DNA of 50,904 bases from Minisyncoccota bacterium (GTDB taxonomy: Bacteria; Patescibacteriota; Patescibacteriia; Patescibacteriales; UBA12465). Shown one piece after another: positions 1 through 10,374 of this stretch (the first letter of the stretch is position 1; each line of letters begins with the position of its first letter). The position numbers and the translations under genes are program-made. The DNA is taken from positions 1-50,904 of the forward strand of contig JAIPJA010000004.1 of assembly GCA_021734405.1 (NCBI GenBank). The letters run 5' to 3'. The notes under the pieces were generated by a model that was given only the letters and a program-made list of their open reading frames with translations, was not told the DNA's origin and did not search any database.

Positions 1-30
1 TAAATATTCTTTTCGAGTGTTTATACTCAT
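1..30 (-). CDS. N-terminus of a gene running off the left edge (MSINTRKEYL...), possibly a transposase/integrase
   Basis: ATG at 30-28 with an open frame to the edge. MSxxxRKEYL resembles N-termini of some rve-type IS transposases, but only 10 codons are visible. Confidence 0.3.
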   Translation of the reverse strand, partial: MSINTRKEYL

Positions 31-72
31 TTTTTCTATAACCATAACTTAAAGCCTTAATTATTAATCGTT

Positions 73-132
73 TATGGTTACATTTTACAATCATTTATCG
101 TATAGGAGTATAGTTACATTTTGCATCATTTA
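73..132. repeat. Imperfect direct repeat TATrGTTACATTTTrCA(A)TCATTTA x2
   Basis: 73-97 TATGGTTACATTTTACAATCATTTA and 109-132 TATAGTTACATTTTGCATCATTTA, 36 bp apart. Confidence 0.7.
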
Positions 133-143
133 ATTCGTGCCTG

Positions 144-172
144 TTGACATCTAAAATTATTTATAATATAAT
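144..172 (+). promoter_or_regulatory. Consensus sigma70 promoter for rpoB-rpoC
   Basis: TTGACA (144-149), 17 bp spacer, TATAAT (167-172). Confidence 0.75.
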
Positions 173-225
173 TTAAAATACTTTTAATTAACTTAACTTT
201 AAGTGACAGAAAATACAAATCTATT

Positions 226-278
226 AAAACGGAATAGGTTGGACTTAATTTGCCTATAAGACCGTTTTTTTGTTTTTT
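226..278 (+). terminator. Terminator/attenuator-like hairpin in the rpoB leader
   Basis: AAAACGG 226-232 pairs with CCGTTTT 262-268; inner ATAGGT 234-239 pairs with GCCTAT 252-257; followed by T-rich tracts. Confidence 0.45.
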
Positions 279-471
279 ATATATTTTACAGTTTATTATA
301 AATACCTAGTTTTAGCGGATTATTTTTAAAACCTTAATATATCTTCCCCATTATATTAAGGCAAAAATTGTCGTGATTTTTACAGCAATAAACAAATAAA
401 TAATTTATATACTCTCAACTTAAAAGGCTTGAGAATTTTTTAGTAATAAAGAATAATAAATTTAAAAATAT

Positions 472-3400
472 ATGGCGCAAAAGAAAAACTCCACCTTGGA
501 GCTGGCACAAAGAAAGTATTTCACGGATTTTGTTCAGGCTGTGCCTATGCCTGAGTTAATTGAAATACAAAAAGATTCTTACAACTGGTTTTTAAAAGAG
601 GGCTTAGCTGAGCTTTTTGATGAAATCTCTCCAGTAATTGATTTTAGTGGCAGAGATTTAGAACTGTATTTTGAAGATTATTATTTAGATGAACCAAAGT
701 TTAGTGAATTAGAGAGTCGTAAGAAAAATATTAGTTATGAAGCGCCTTTACGTGTAAAAACTAGATTATTAAATAAAAAAACTAAACAAGTTGTAAATCA
801 AGAAGTCTTTTTAGGTGATTTTCCGGTTATGACTGATAACGGAACTTTTATTATTAATGGTATTGAAAGAGTTGTCGTCTCTCAGCTTATAAGAAGTGCT
901 GGAGTTATGTTTACAGCTGAATATATAAAAGAAAAGAAATGCTATGGCGCTAAAATTATTCCTAATCGCGGAGCTTGGCTAGAAATTGAAACCGATGCTA
1001 ATAAAGTGCTTTGGGTTAGAATTGATAGAAAAAGAAAAGTAGCTGTAACTTCTTTGCTTAGAGCTTTTGGTTATGAAACTGATGAAGAAATTAAAAAACT
1101 CTTCTCTGATGTTGATTTAGTTAAAGGTGACGACGATGTTTCCTATATTGAGGCTACTATTGAAAAAGATTTAGCCAAAAATGAGGCTGAAGGTTTGCAG
1201 GAAGTTTATAAAAGAATTAGACCAGGTGATCTAGCCGCCACAGAAAATGCCAGACAACTTATTTATTCTATGTTTTTCCGTTTTGATCGCTATGATTTTG
1301 GTTCAGTTGGTCGTTATAAATTAAACAGAAGATTTAAACTAGATTTAGCTAATGTTAAAGAGAATAGAATTTTAAGAAAAGAAGACTTAATTTTAATAAT
1401 TAAAGAAGTTATTAGATTAAATATAACTCAAGAGCCAGAGGATGACATTGATCACTTAGGTAATAGAAGAGTCAGAGCCATTGGTGGTTTAGTGCAAAAC
1501 AGATTTAGAGTAGGTTTAGCCAGAATGGAAAGAATTATTAAAGACAAAATGAGTACTACTGATTTAGGTAATTTAAGTCCAACTAAACTTATTAACGCTC
1601 GTCCAGTAATTGGTGTAGTCAAAGAATTTTTCATGTCTTCTCAATTGTCTCAGTTTATGGATCAAACCAATCCCTTGGCTGAATTAGAGCACAAAAGGAG
1701 ATTGTCAGCTATGGGTCCAGGAGGTTTAACTAGAGAAAGAGCCGGCTTTGATGTTCGTGATGTACACGCTACTCATTATGGTAGAATTTGTCCGATTGCT
1801 ACCCCAGAAGGTCCAAATATTGGTTTGGTGGGCCACTTAGCCAGTTATACTAGATTGAATAAATATGGATTTTTAGAAACTCCATACAGAAAAGTTAAAC
1901 ATGCTAAAACTGGCAGTATTATTACTGATGAAATTGTATATTTAGATGCTTTTGAAGAAGAAAAATATATTACTGTTGCTTCAACTATACCTACTGACAA
2001 AACTGGTAAGATTTTAGTAAATAGTTATGAAGCTAGAAAATATGGTCAGCCAGCTAAAGCTGATGTTAAAGATATTGACTTGGTTGGCGTTGCCGCTAAT
2101 CAAATAATTTCTATTGCTACTTCTTTAATTCCTTTTACTGAACACAATGATGGACAAAGATCACTTATGGGAACAAACATGCAACGTCAAGCAGTCCCTT
2201 TAATAATTTCCGAAGCACCAGTGGTTGGTACTGGCGTTGAGGAAAGAGCAGCTAGAGATTCTGGGCATGTAATTATTGCCCCAGAAGCCGGTGAAGTTAT
2301 TAAAGCTGATTCTAAGAGTTTAGAAATTAAAACAGCTAAGGGGAAAATATATAGATATAGTTTAAATAAATTTTTACGTTCGAATTCTTCTACTTGTATT
2401 AATCAAAGGCCAACTGTTGACAGAGGGGATAAGGTTAAAGCTGGACAAATTTTAACTGATGGCCCAGCTATTGCTGACGGTGAGCTTTCTTTAGGTAAAA
2501 ATGTTTTAGTAGCTTTTATGACTTGGGAAGGATATAACTATGAAGATGCTATTATTATTTCTGAGCGTTTAGTTAAGCAAGATGTTTATACTTCTATCCA
2601 CATAGAAAATTATACTATTGATGTTAGAGATACCAAGCTTGGACCAGAAGTGGTTACTAATGATATTCCTAATATTAGTGAAGAAAAATTAAAGAATTTA
2701 GACGAAGAAGGTATAATTAGAATTGGTGCTGAAGTTTCTTCAGGTGATATTTTGGTGGGTAAAATTACTCCTAAAGGAGAAACTACTCTTTCAGCTGAAG
2801 AGAAATTGCTTAGAGCAATTTTTGGAGAAAAAGCTAAGGATGTTAGAGATTCTTCTTTATATTTAGAGCACGGAGAACATGGCAAAGTAGTAGATGTAAA
2901 GATTTTTTCTCGTGATGAAGGTGATAAGTTAGCTGCTGGGGTTTTAACCTCCATTCAAGTATCTGTAGCCAATTTAAGAAAAATACAAGTTGGAGATAAA
3001 ATGTCTGGACGTCATGGTAATAAAGGTGTTATTTCTAAAATTGTTCCAGCTGAAGATATGCCTTATTTAGAAGATGGTACTCCAGTGGATGTTATTTTAT
3101 CTCCTTTAGGTATTATTTCTCGTATGAATTTGGGTCAGCTTTTAGAAACTCACTTAGGGTTTGCTGTTAAGAAGTTAGGTTATAAGGTGGCTACTCCGCC
3201 TTTAAATGGTATTAATGAGCAAGAAATCAAAAATCAGTTAAAACTAGCTGGGTTACCTGAAGATGGTAAAGTGACTTTATATGATGGGAAAACCGGCGAA
3301 CCTTATGATAATAAGATTACTGTGGGTTATAAATATATGTTGAAATTAAATCACATGGTTGAAGATAAAATTCACCAACGTTCTATTGGTCCTTACTCTC

Positions 3401-3783
3401 TTATCACTCAACAGCCTTTGGGTGGAAAAGCTCAATTTGGTGGACAGCGTTTTGGAGAAATGGAAGTTTGGGCTTTAGAGGGTTATGGGGCTGCTCACAC
3501 TTTACAGGAAATGCTAACTATTAAATCTGATGATGTTCCTGGCAGAAGTAAAGCTTATGAATCTATTATTAAAGGAGAGGAAATAGAAAAACGTAATGTT
3601 CCAGAGTCTTTTAATGTTTTAATTAGAGAATTAAAAGGTCTAGGATTAAATGTTGAACTTTTGGGTGGAAGTAAAGAAGAAGATAATGATAAAGAGGAAA
3701 AAGATGAAGATAATTTAAGTTCTAAAGAAGAGGTGGAAGAAAAAAAATTAGACGAAGATGATATTTCGAAGAAAAAATCATAA
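472..3783 (+). CDS. rpoB: DNA-directed RNA polymerase subunit beta
   Basis: SQLSQFMDQTNPLAEL, GRICPIATPEGPNIGL, GDKMSGRHGNKGV, GGQRFGEMEVWALE; 1103 aa with an acidic C-terminal tail. Confidence 0.99.
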   Translation: MAQKKNSTLELAQRKYFTDFVQAVPMPELIEIQKDSYNWFLKEGLAELFDEISPVIDFSGRDLELYFEDYYLDEPKFSELESRKKNISYEAPLRVKTRLLNKKTKQVVNQEVFLGDFPVMTDNGTFIINGIERVVVSQLIRSAGVMFTAEYIKEKKCYGAKIIPNRGAWLEIETDANKVLWVRIDRKRKVAVTSLLRAFGYETDEEIKKLFSDVDLVKGDDDVSYIEATIEKDLAKNEAEGLQEVYKRIRPGDLAATENARQLIYSMFFRFDRYDFGSVGRYKLNRRFKLDLANVKENRILRKEDLILIIKEVIRLNITQEPEDDIDHLGNRRVRAIGGLVQNRFRVGLARMERIIKDKMSTTDLGNLSPTKLINARPVIGVVKEFFMSSQLSQFMDQTNPLAELEHKRRLSAMGPGGLTRERAGFDVRDVHATHYGRICPIATPEGPNIGLVGHLASYTRLNKYGFLETPYRKVKHAKTGSIITDEIVYLDAFEEEKYITVASTIPTDKTGKILVNSYEARKYGQPAKADVKDIDLVGVAANQIISIATSLIPFTEHNDGQRSLMGTNMQRQAVPLIISEAPVVGTGVEERAARDSGHVIIAPEAGEVIKADSKSLEIKTAKGKIYRYSLNKFLRSNSSTCINQRPTVDRGDKVKAGQILTDGPAIADGELSLGKNVLVAFMTWEGYNYEDAIIISERLVKQDVYTSIHIENYTIDVRDTKLGPEVVTNDIPNISEEKLKNLDEEGIIRIGAEVSSGDILVGKITPKGETTLSAEEKLLRAIFGEKAKDVRDSSLYLEHGEHGKVVDVKIFSRDEGDKLAAGVLTSIQVSVANLRKIQVGDKMSGRHGNKGVISKIVPAEDMPYLEDGTPVDVILSPLGIISRMNLGQLLETHLGFAVKKLGYKVATPPLNGINEQEIKNQLKLAGLPEDGKVTLYDGKTGEPYDNKITVGYKYMLKLNHMVEDKIHQRSIGPYSLITQQPLGGKAQFGGQRFGEMEVWALEGYGAAHTLQEMLTIKSDDVPGRSKAYESIIKGEEIEKRNVPESFNVLIRELKGLGLNVELLGGSKEEDNDKEEKDEDNLSSKEEVEEKKLDEDDISKKKS

Positions 3784-3831
3784 TTTTAATTCTTAGTTAA
3801 ATAATTTTAAATAATCTTCAATATAAAAAAT

Positions 3832-6800
3832 ATGTTAAATCCAATTAAAACTAGCGATTTTGATGCTATCCGCCTCAAAGTAGCCTCTCCGGAACAGATT
3901 TTGGAATGGTCAAATGGCGAAGTTGTCCGCCCAGAAACTATTAACTATAGAACACAAAAACCGGAAAAAGATGGACTTTTCTGTGAAAAGATATTTGGGC
4001 CCACTAAAGACTGGGAATGTGCTTGCGGAAAGTATAAGAAAATAAGATACAAAGGTATTGTTTGTGATAAGTGTGGCGTAGAAGTAACTCGCTCTATTGT
4101 TAGACGTGAAAGAATGGCTCATATAAATTTACAAATTCCCATTACTCACATTTGGTTTTTACGTGGCATTTCTTCAAAAATTGGTTTACTTCTAGATTTA
4201 AGCATGCAATCCTTAGAAAAGGTGGTTTATTTTGCTAGCTTTGTGGTTATTGATGTTGATGAACAGTTAAAAATAGCTACTTTAGATCAGATCAAAAAAG
4301 AATATAAGAGTAAAGTAAAAAGTATTGAAAATGAATATCAGCAGAAATTAAAGAAAATAGAAACAGAAGAGGATAAAAGCATAACTATTAAAGATTTAGA
4401 CAGAGAAAAAGAAGAAAAATTAGAATCTTTAAATGAAAATTTTGAACTTACTCAAAAAGAATTAAAAGACTTAAAGCCAATGAGTATTATCTCTGAACAG
4501 GCTTATCAAAGTTTAAGTCTTAAGTTTGGTCATTTATTTGAGGCTGGTATTGGTGCTGAAGCAGTTAGAGATTTGCTTGCTAAAATTGATTTAGAAAAGA
4601 AAATTGAAGAGCTAGAAGCTCAACTTAAAAAAGCAGTTGAGTCAAAAAGAGATAAACTTATTAAACGTTTAAAACTTTTAAAGAGTTTAAAAAATAATGA
4701 TATAAGACCAGAATGGATGGTAATAACTACCTTGCCCGTGATACCTCCAGATTTAAGACCAATGGTAGCTTTAGACGGTGGTCGTTTTGCCGCTTCTGAT
4801 TTAAACGATTTATACAGAAGAGTTATAAATAGAAACAATAGATTAAAGCAGCTAATTGAATTAAATGCTCCTGAAGTTATTTGTAGAAATGAAAAAAGAA
4901 TGTTGCAAGAAGCTGTTGATGCTTTAATTGATAACTCAGCCAGACATTCTAAAACTGTAACTGCTTCAACTGGTCAAAAAAGACAATTAAAATCTTTAGC
5001 TGATTCTTTGAAAGGTAAACAAGGAAGATTTCGTCAAAATTTGCTGGGAAAACGTGTAGACTATTCTGGTCGTAGTGTAATTGTGGTTAATCCTAAACTG
5101 CGCTTAGATCAATGTGGTCTACCTAAGAGTATGGCTTTAGAATTATTTAAACCTTTTATTATTAGTCAATTAATAAAAAAAGAAATTGTGCATAATGTTC
5201 GTAGCGCTTCTCGTTATATGGAAGCTGGTCATGACGAGGTCTGGGATATTTTAGAAAATATTGTTAAAGAGGCCTATGTGCTTTTAAACCGTGCTCCAAC
5301 CTTGCATCGTTTAGGTATTCAAGCTTTTAAACCTACTTTAATTGAGGGTAAAGCTATTCAAATTCATCCCTTGGTTTGTAGTGCTTTTAACGCTGACTTT
5401 GACGGAGACCAAATGGCTGTGCATGTGCCTTTAACTAAAGAAGCTGTAGCTGAGGCTAGAGATTTAATGCTTTCTTCTCACAACCTATTAAAACCGGCCA
5501 CAGGTGATCCCATTGTTGCTCCTAATCAGGATATTGTCTGGGGAGCTTATTACATTACTGTAGAAGACAAAGAAACAGCTGAAAAAGACAATAAGGATTT
5601 ACGTCATTTTGCCAGTGAGAAAGATGCTAAGCTAGCTTATGATAATAGCCTTTTAACTTTACATGAAACTATTATTATTAGAAAAAAAGACACTGGGGAA
5701 AGACTTAGAACTACTATTGGTAGATCAATTTTTAATAGTATTTTGCCAGAAAAATTAAGATATATAAATGAAGTGGTAGGCAAGGGAAAACTAAAAAATC
5801 TAATTAAAGATTGTCTATATGTTTATGGTGAAGAAGCTACAGTTAAGTTTATTGATGATTTAAAAGATAAAAGTTTTAGCTTTATTACTCGCTCTGGTCT
5901 TTCTTGGGGATTTGGTGACTTACCTTATTTTGCTGAAAAAGACGAACTTATAGACACTGCTAATAAGAAAGTTGAACTTATTCAAGATCAGTTTGAAGAA
6001 GGTCTTTTAACTGAGTCAGAAAGATATAGTAAGGTAGTAGAGACTTGGACTGAGACTAAAGATAAGATTGCTGAGATTTGCAAAGCAGGCCTTATTAACG
6101 TTTTACCAGTGTTTTCTATGATTGAATCAGGCGCTAGAGGTTCTTGGGCTCAGCCAGTACAGATTTTAGGCATGAAAGGTTTAGTGACTTCTCCTTCAGG
6201 ATCAATTATTGAATTGCCAGTTAAAGGAAACTTTAAGCAAGGTTTTGGAGTTTTAGAATATTTTATCTCTACTCACGGTGTGAGAAAAGGTTTATCTGAT
6301 ACAGCCCTTAGAACTGCTAATGCCGGCTACTTAACCAGACGTTTAGTCGATGTTTCTCAAGATATTATTATTACCTCTGAAGATTGTAAAGATGATAAGG
6401 GCATGTTTATGAGTAAAGCTGAAAGTGAAAAAATTGGTACTGATATTATAAAAAGATTAGCTGGTCGTTATTTAGCTAAAGATTTGAAAAATGCAACTGG
6501 AAAAACCTTATTTAAAGCTGGGGAATTAATGGATGAAGAACATGTTAAAAAGATACAAGGTGAAGATATTGAAGAAGCTTATGCTCGCTCAGTTTTAAGT
6601 TGTAAGCTTCCTAAGGGTGTGTGTAGTAAATGTTATGGTTATGATTTAGCCTTTAACAAACCAGTAAAAATTGGCACTACTGTAGGAACCATTGCCGCTC
6701 AATCTATTGGTGAGCCTGGTACTCAGTTAACTATGAGAACTTTCCACAGTGGTGGTGTAGCTGGACAAGAAGATATTACTCAAGGTTTACCTAGAGTAGA

Positions 6801-7749
6801 AGAGATTTTTGAAAGTCGTCCTCCTAAAAAGAAAGGTTTATTATCTGAGCATGATGGAAGAATTACCATTGAAACAGCTAAGAAAACTATTGTTGATAAA
6901 AATGGTAAAGAAATTTTAGTTGATAATCCTAAAACTAAACTTTTGAACCTTCACTTTAAAGGTACTACTAGTGATAAATATTATTTTTCAGAAGCTATTA
7001 ATGAATATAAGTTAGAGTCTGGAAAAACTGGAGTTAAAAAGGTAGAGCCCAAAGTAAAGATAAAAGATGGTGATAAGGTTAGCAAAGGTGAGGACTTATT
7101 TACTGTGGGAGCTAAAGCTACTAAAGCTAAGGCTGGAGGTATTGCTCAAGTAACTGATAAATACATTGGTGTCTTAAGGGAAGTGGAAAAAATTCAACAA
7201 TTTTCTATTCCTAGGGGCACAGTGTTGTTTGTAAAAGATGGTGAGCAAATTAAAAAAGGCGATCAGCTTACTGAAGGTAGTTTAGATCTAAAAGAACTTT
7301 ATCGTTTAAGAGGAAGACTAGATACGCAAAAGTATATTATTAAAGAAATTCAATACGTTTATTCTTCTCAAGGTCAGCCTCTAAATGATAAGCATATTGA
7401 AATAATTGCTAAACAGATGTTCTCTCGTCATTTAATTATAGATTCAGGTGATACTAATTTACTGCCAGGGGAAGTAATAGAAGAGGGCGTATTAATAACC
7501 GCCAATAAAGCTGTTAAAAAGCCAGCTAAAACTGAAAGACTTCTTTTAGGTATTACTAAATCATCTCTTACCACTGACAGCTTCTTGTCAGCTGCTTCTT
7601 TCCAAGAAACTCCAAGAGTTTTAATTGAAGCTGCTATAAATGGCAAGATAGATTACTTAGACGGTCTAAAAGAAAATGTTATTATTGGTTGTTTAATACC
7701 AGCCGGAACTGGTTATAAGGGAAGAAAGAAAAGAGAAGTTTATGAGTAG
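3832..7749 (+). CDS. rpoC: DNA-directed RNA polymerase subunit beta'
   Basis: Zn finger CACGKY..CDKCGVE, catalytic NADFDGDQMAVH, GEPGTQLTMRTFH, SAASFQET. Confidence 0.99.
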   Translation: MLNPIKTSDFDAIRLKVASPEQILEWSNGEVVRPETINYRTQKPEKDGLFCEKIFGPTKDWECACGKYKKIRYKGIVCDKCGVEVTRSIVRRERMAHINLQIPITHIWFLRGISSKIGLLLDLSMQSLEKVVYFASFVVIDVDEQLKIATLDQIKKEYKSKVKSIENEYQQKLKKIETEEDKSITIKDLDREKEEKLESLNENFELTQKELKDLKPMSIISEQAYQSLSLKFGHLFEAGIGAEAVRDLLAKIDLEKKIEELEAQLKKAVESKRDKLIKRLKLLKSLKNNDIRPEWMVITTLPVIPPDLRPMVALDGGRFAASDLNDLYRRVINRNNRLKQLIELNAPEVICRNEKRMLQEAVDALIDNSARHSKTVTASTGQKRQLKSLADSLKGKQGRFRQNLLGKRVDYSGRSVIVVNPKLRLDQCGLPKSMALELFKPFIISQLIKKEIVHNVRSASRYMEAGHDEVWDILENIVKEAYVLLNRAPTLHRLGIQAFKPTLIEGKAIQIHPLVCSAFNADFDGDQMAVHVPLTKEAVAEARDLMLSSHNLLKPATGDPIVAPNQDIVWGAYYITVEDKETAEKDNKDLRHFASEKDAKLAYDNSLLTLHETIIIRKKDTGERLRTTIGRSIFNSILPEKLRYINEVVGKGKLKNLIKDCLYVYGEEATVKFIDDLKDKSFSFITRSGLSWGFGDLPYFAEKDELIDTANKKVELIQDQFEEGLLTESERYSKVVETWTETKDKIAEICKAGLINVLPVFSMIESGARGSWAQPVQILGMKGLVTSPSGSIIELPVKGNFKQGFGVLEYFISTHGVRKGLSDTALRTANAGYLTRRLVDVSQDIIITSEDCKDDKGMFMSKAESEKIGTDIIKRLAGRYLAKDLKNATGKTLFKAGELMDEEHVKKIQGEDIEEAYARSVLSCKLPKGVCSKCYGYDLAFNKPVKIGTTVGTIAAQSIGEPGTQLTMRTFHSGGVAGQEDITQGLPRVEEIFESRPPKKKGLLSEHDGRITIETAKKTIVDKNGKEILVDNPKTKLLNLHFKGTTSDKYYFSEAINEYKLESGKTGVKKVEPKVKIKDGDKVSKGEDLFTVGAKATKAKAGGIAQVTDKYIGVLREVEKIQQFSIPRGTVLFVKDGEQIKKGDQLTEGSLDLKELYRLRGRLDTQKYIIKEIQYVYSSQGQPLNDKHIEIIAKQMFSRHLIIDSGDTNLLPGEVIEEGVLITANKAVKKPAKTERLLLGITKSSLTTDSFLSAASFQETPRVLIEAAINGKIDYLDGLKENVIIGCLIPAGTGYKGRKKREVYE

Positions 7750-7786
7750 AAATAGCTAAAGATTTAGAAAATTTAATTGTATAGAA

Positions 7787-7819
7787 AAAACAGCTCCTAA
7801 TAAAGGGGCTGTTTTCTTT
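7787..7819 (+). terminator. Intrinsic terminator after rpoC
   Basis: AAAACAGCTCCT 7787-7798 / AGGGGCTGTTTT 7804-7815 followed by Ts. Confidence 0.8.
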
Positions 7820-7900
7820 GCAGATATATTTTAAGTGTTATTATAATATAATATAGTTTTTTAAAAATAAATATTTATTTAACTTCAAATTTATTTAGTC

Positions 7901-9908
7901 ATGAAAAATAATCAAGAAATTAGAAAGGCTATGGAGGTTAGACTTTCTGATCAGTTGCCGTCACCTCCGATTTTTGACGAAAAGTATAATAGAGCGCCAA
8001 AACGTGTTTGTGCTTTAACTAAAGATGAAATGGAATTATCTTTGCGAAATGCTTTAAGGTATGTTCCTGAAAATCTCCATCATGTATTAGCTCCAGAATT
8101 TTTGCAAGAATTAAAATCATTTGGGCGTATATATGGTTATCGCTTTCGTCCACAGGGCAGGATTTATGGTAAGCCCATTGATGAGTATGAAGGTATTATA
8201 GAAGCCAGGGCTATGCAAGTTATGATTGATAATAACCTTGATTTTGAAGTAGCTTTGTATCCTTATGAATTGGTGACTTATGGTGCGAATGGGCAGGTGT
8301 TTCAAAACTGGATGCAATATCGTTTGGTCAAGAAGTATCTATCAATTATGAGGAAAGATCAAACTTTAGTGGTTAGCTCTGGTCACCCCTTAGGACTTTT
8401 CCCTTCTTCTGAGAATGCTCCCAGAGTAATCATCACAAACGGTCTGCTTGTTGGTCATTGGGACAATGAAGATAATTTTAAAAAGTTAGCTGCATTAGGC
8501 GTTAGTAATTATGGACAAATGACTGCCGGTGGTTGGATGTATATAGGTCCTCAAGGAATAGTGCATGGCACTTTTATTACTATTTTAAATGCGGCTAGGA
8601 AATATCTAAAAATACAAGGTAGCTCTTTAGCTGGTGTGAATTTTGTTTCTTCTGGTTTGGGCGGCATGTCTTGTGCTCAGCCTAAAGCCATGAAGATAGC
8701 TGGTGGCGTAGCTGTGATTGCCGAAGTGGATAAAAAGAAAATTGATCTACGCTTACGTCAGGGGTGGATAGACACATACACTGATAGTTTAGATGAAGTT
8801 GTCAGGCAATTAAATAAAAACACTAAAGAGAAGAAGCCCCTGGCTCTCGCGTATCATGGTAATGTGGTTAGCCTCTTGGAACATCTAGCTTCTAGGAATG
8901 TAAAAGTTAATTTATTATCAGATCAAACTTCTTGTCATGCTATGAGTGAGGGCGGGTATATGCCGGTGGATCTAGAATTTGAATCTAGTAAAAAATTATT
9001 AGATATTGATTCTGAAAAATTTGAAGTTTTTGTAAACAAATCATTGTCGCGTCATTTTCAAGCTATAAAAAAATTAGTTGCCCAGGGCTCGTTTTTTTGG
9101 GATTATGGTAATAATTTTATGAGTTCTATTTTTGCAAGCGGTGAAAAGGCTATTACCAAAAATGGAGTTGATTTAAGTCAGGGGTTTATTTGGCCTTCCT
9201 ATGTAGAAGATGTTATGGGACCCATGTGTTTTGATTATGGCTTTGGTCCTTTCCGGTGGGTTTGTTTAAGTGGTAAACAGTCAGATTTAGACTTAACAGA
9301 TAATATCGCTTTAAATATTATTAATCCCAATAAATCATCTATGCATGCAGACAATTATAACTGGATTAAATCAGCTAAAGAAAATGAATTAGTAGTAGGT
9401 ACTAAAGCACGTATTTTTTATAGTGATGAAGAAGGTAGAGTTAAAATTGCTTTAGCCTTTAATAAAGCTGTGCGTGAAAATAAAACTGGACCTATTATGA
9501 TTGGCAGAGATCATCATGATGTTTCCGGAACTGACTCTCCCTTCAGGGAAACATCTGACATAAAAGATGGCAGTCAAAGTACAGCTGATATGTCTGTACA
9601 ATGTTTTGCTGGCAATGTGGCTAGAGGAATGAGTATAGTAGTTTTGTCTAATGGAGGAGGAGTAGGAATTAGTAGGGCCAGTAATGGGGGGGAATGGTAT
9701 CGTTTTAGATGGAAGCACTGAGACAGATAAAATTATTAAACTTGGTTTGTCTTGGGACGTGATGGGCGGAGTAGCTAGAAGAAGTTGGGCAAGAAGTAAA
9801 AATGCTATTAATACTGCTAAAGAATGGAATTTGAAGATGTTGGGAAAAGGGCAAATAACCTTGCCTTATACCGTGTCAGATGAAGTTTTATCTGATTTAA
9901 ATTTATAA
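7901..9908 (+). pseudogene. hutU: Urocanate hydratase (long ~670-aa type) with a +1 frameshift at G7 (9686-9692); either a true frameshift or a homopolymer sequencing error
   Basis: PYELVTYG, GQMTAG.WMYIGPQGIVHGT, SGLGGMS, DQTSCH, GRDHHDVSGTDSPFRET. ORF 7901-9721 leaves the family sequence after NGG, and the conserved end (G.VLDGS..WDVMGGVARRSWA) is in ORF 9684-9908. Removing one G gives a single 668-aa ORF. Confidence 0.93.
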
Positions 9909-9920
9909 TTTTACAAAATT

Positions 9921-9948
9921 AAAACCTCATTAATATATGAGGTTTTTT
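9921..9948 (+). terminator. Intrinsic terminator after hutU
   Basis: AAAACCTCAT 9921-9930 / ATGAGGTTTT 9937-9946 followed by Ts. Confidence 0.75.
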
Positions 9949-9971
9949 AAATGTAATTTATTAAAAAAGAC

Positions 9972-10009
9972 TTGACAGTTTAAAATTAATGCTTTAGTAT
10001 GATAAAGTA
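9972..10009 (+). promoter_or_regulatory. Sigma70 promoter overlapped by a 20-bp palindromic HisR/YerC-type operator
   Basis: TTGACA 9972-9977, 17 bp spacer, TAGTAT 9995-10000. Palindrome TGCTTTA-GTATGA-TAAAGTA at 9990-10009 resembles the CTTTA-N6-TAAAG box predicted for Firmicutes HisR (recalled from memory). Confidence 0.75.
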
Positions 10010-10026
10010 TTAGTATAATTTATTTT

Positions 10027-10323
10027 ATGCAAAAATGTAAAATCAGGCAATTAGAGGCATCAACCAGGGATTTATATGAAGCTATTTTGTTAATTGATAA
10101 TTTAGAAGAAGCTACTAGTTTTTTTAGAGATTTATTAACAGAGCAAGAAATTATTGAGTTTAGTCGTCGTTGGCAAGCAGCTAGGTTATTAGACAAGAAA
10201 GTATCTTATATAGAAATTTCTAAGATTACTTGTTTGAGTTCCACTACTATAGCTAGGATATCTCGTTGGCTTAAAAATGGTTGTGGAGGCTACAAGAAGA
10301 TGTTAAATAAAATGAAAAAATAA
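10027..10323 (+). CDS. YerC/YecD (HisR) TrpR-family transcriptional repressor
   Basis: LYEAIL..FFRDLLT..E..RWQAARLL...SY.EI...TCLSSTTIARISRWL is the typical YerC/TrpR helix-turn-helix pattern. Confidence 0.9.
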   Translation: MQKCKIRQLEASTRDLYEAILLIDNLEEATSFFRDLLTEQEIIEFSRRWQAARLLDKKVSYIEISKITCLSSTTIARISRWLKNGCGGYKKMLNKMKK

Positions 10324-10374
10324 AATTAAAATAATAAAGTTCTTTTAAAATTAATTAAATAAAAAATAAAAGTT

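Noticed and set aside
9684-9908. 74-aa ORF as an independent gene
   Set aside because: It is the conserved C-terminus of urocanate hydratase displaced by the G7 frameshift.
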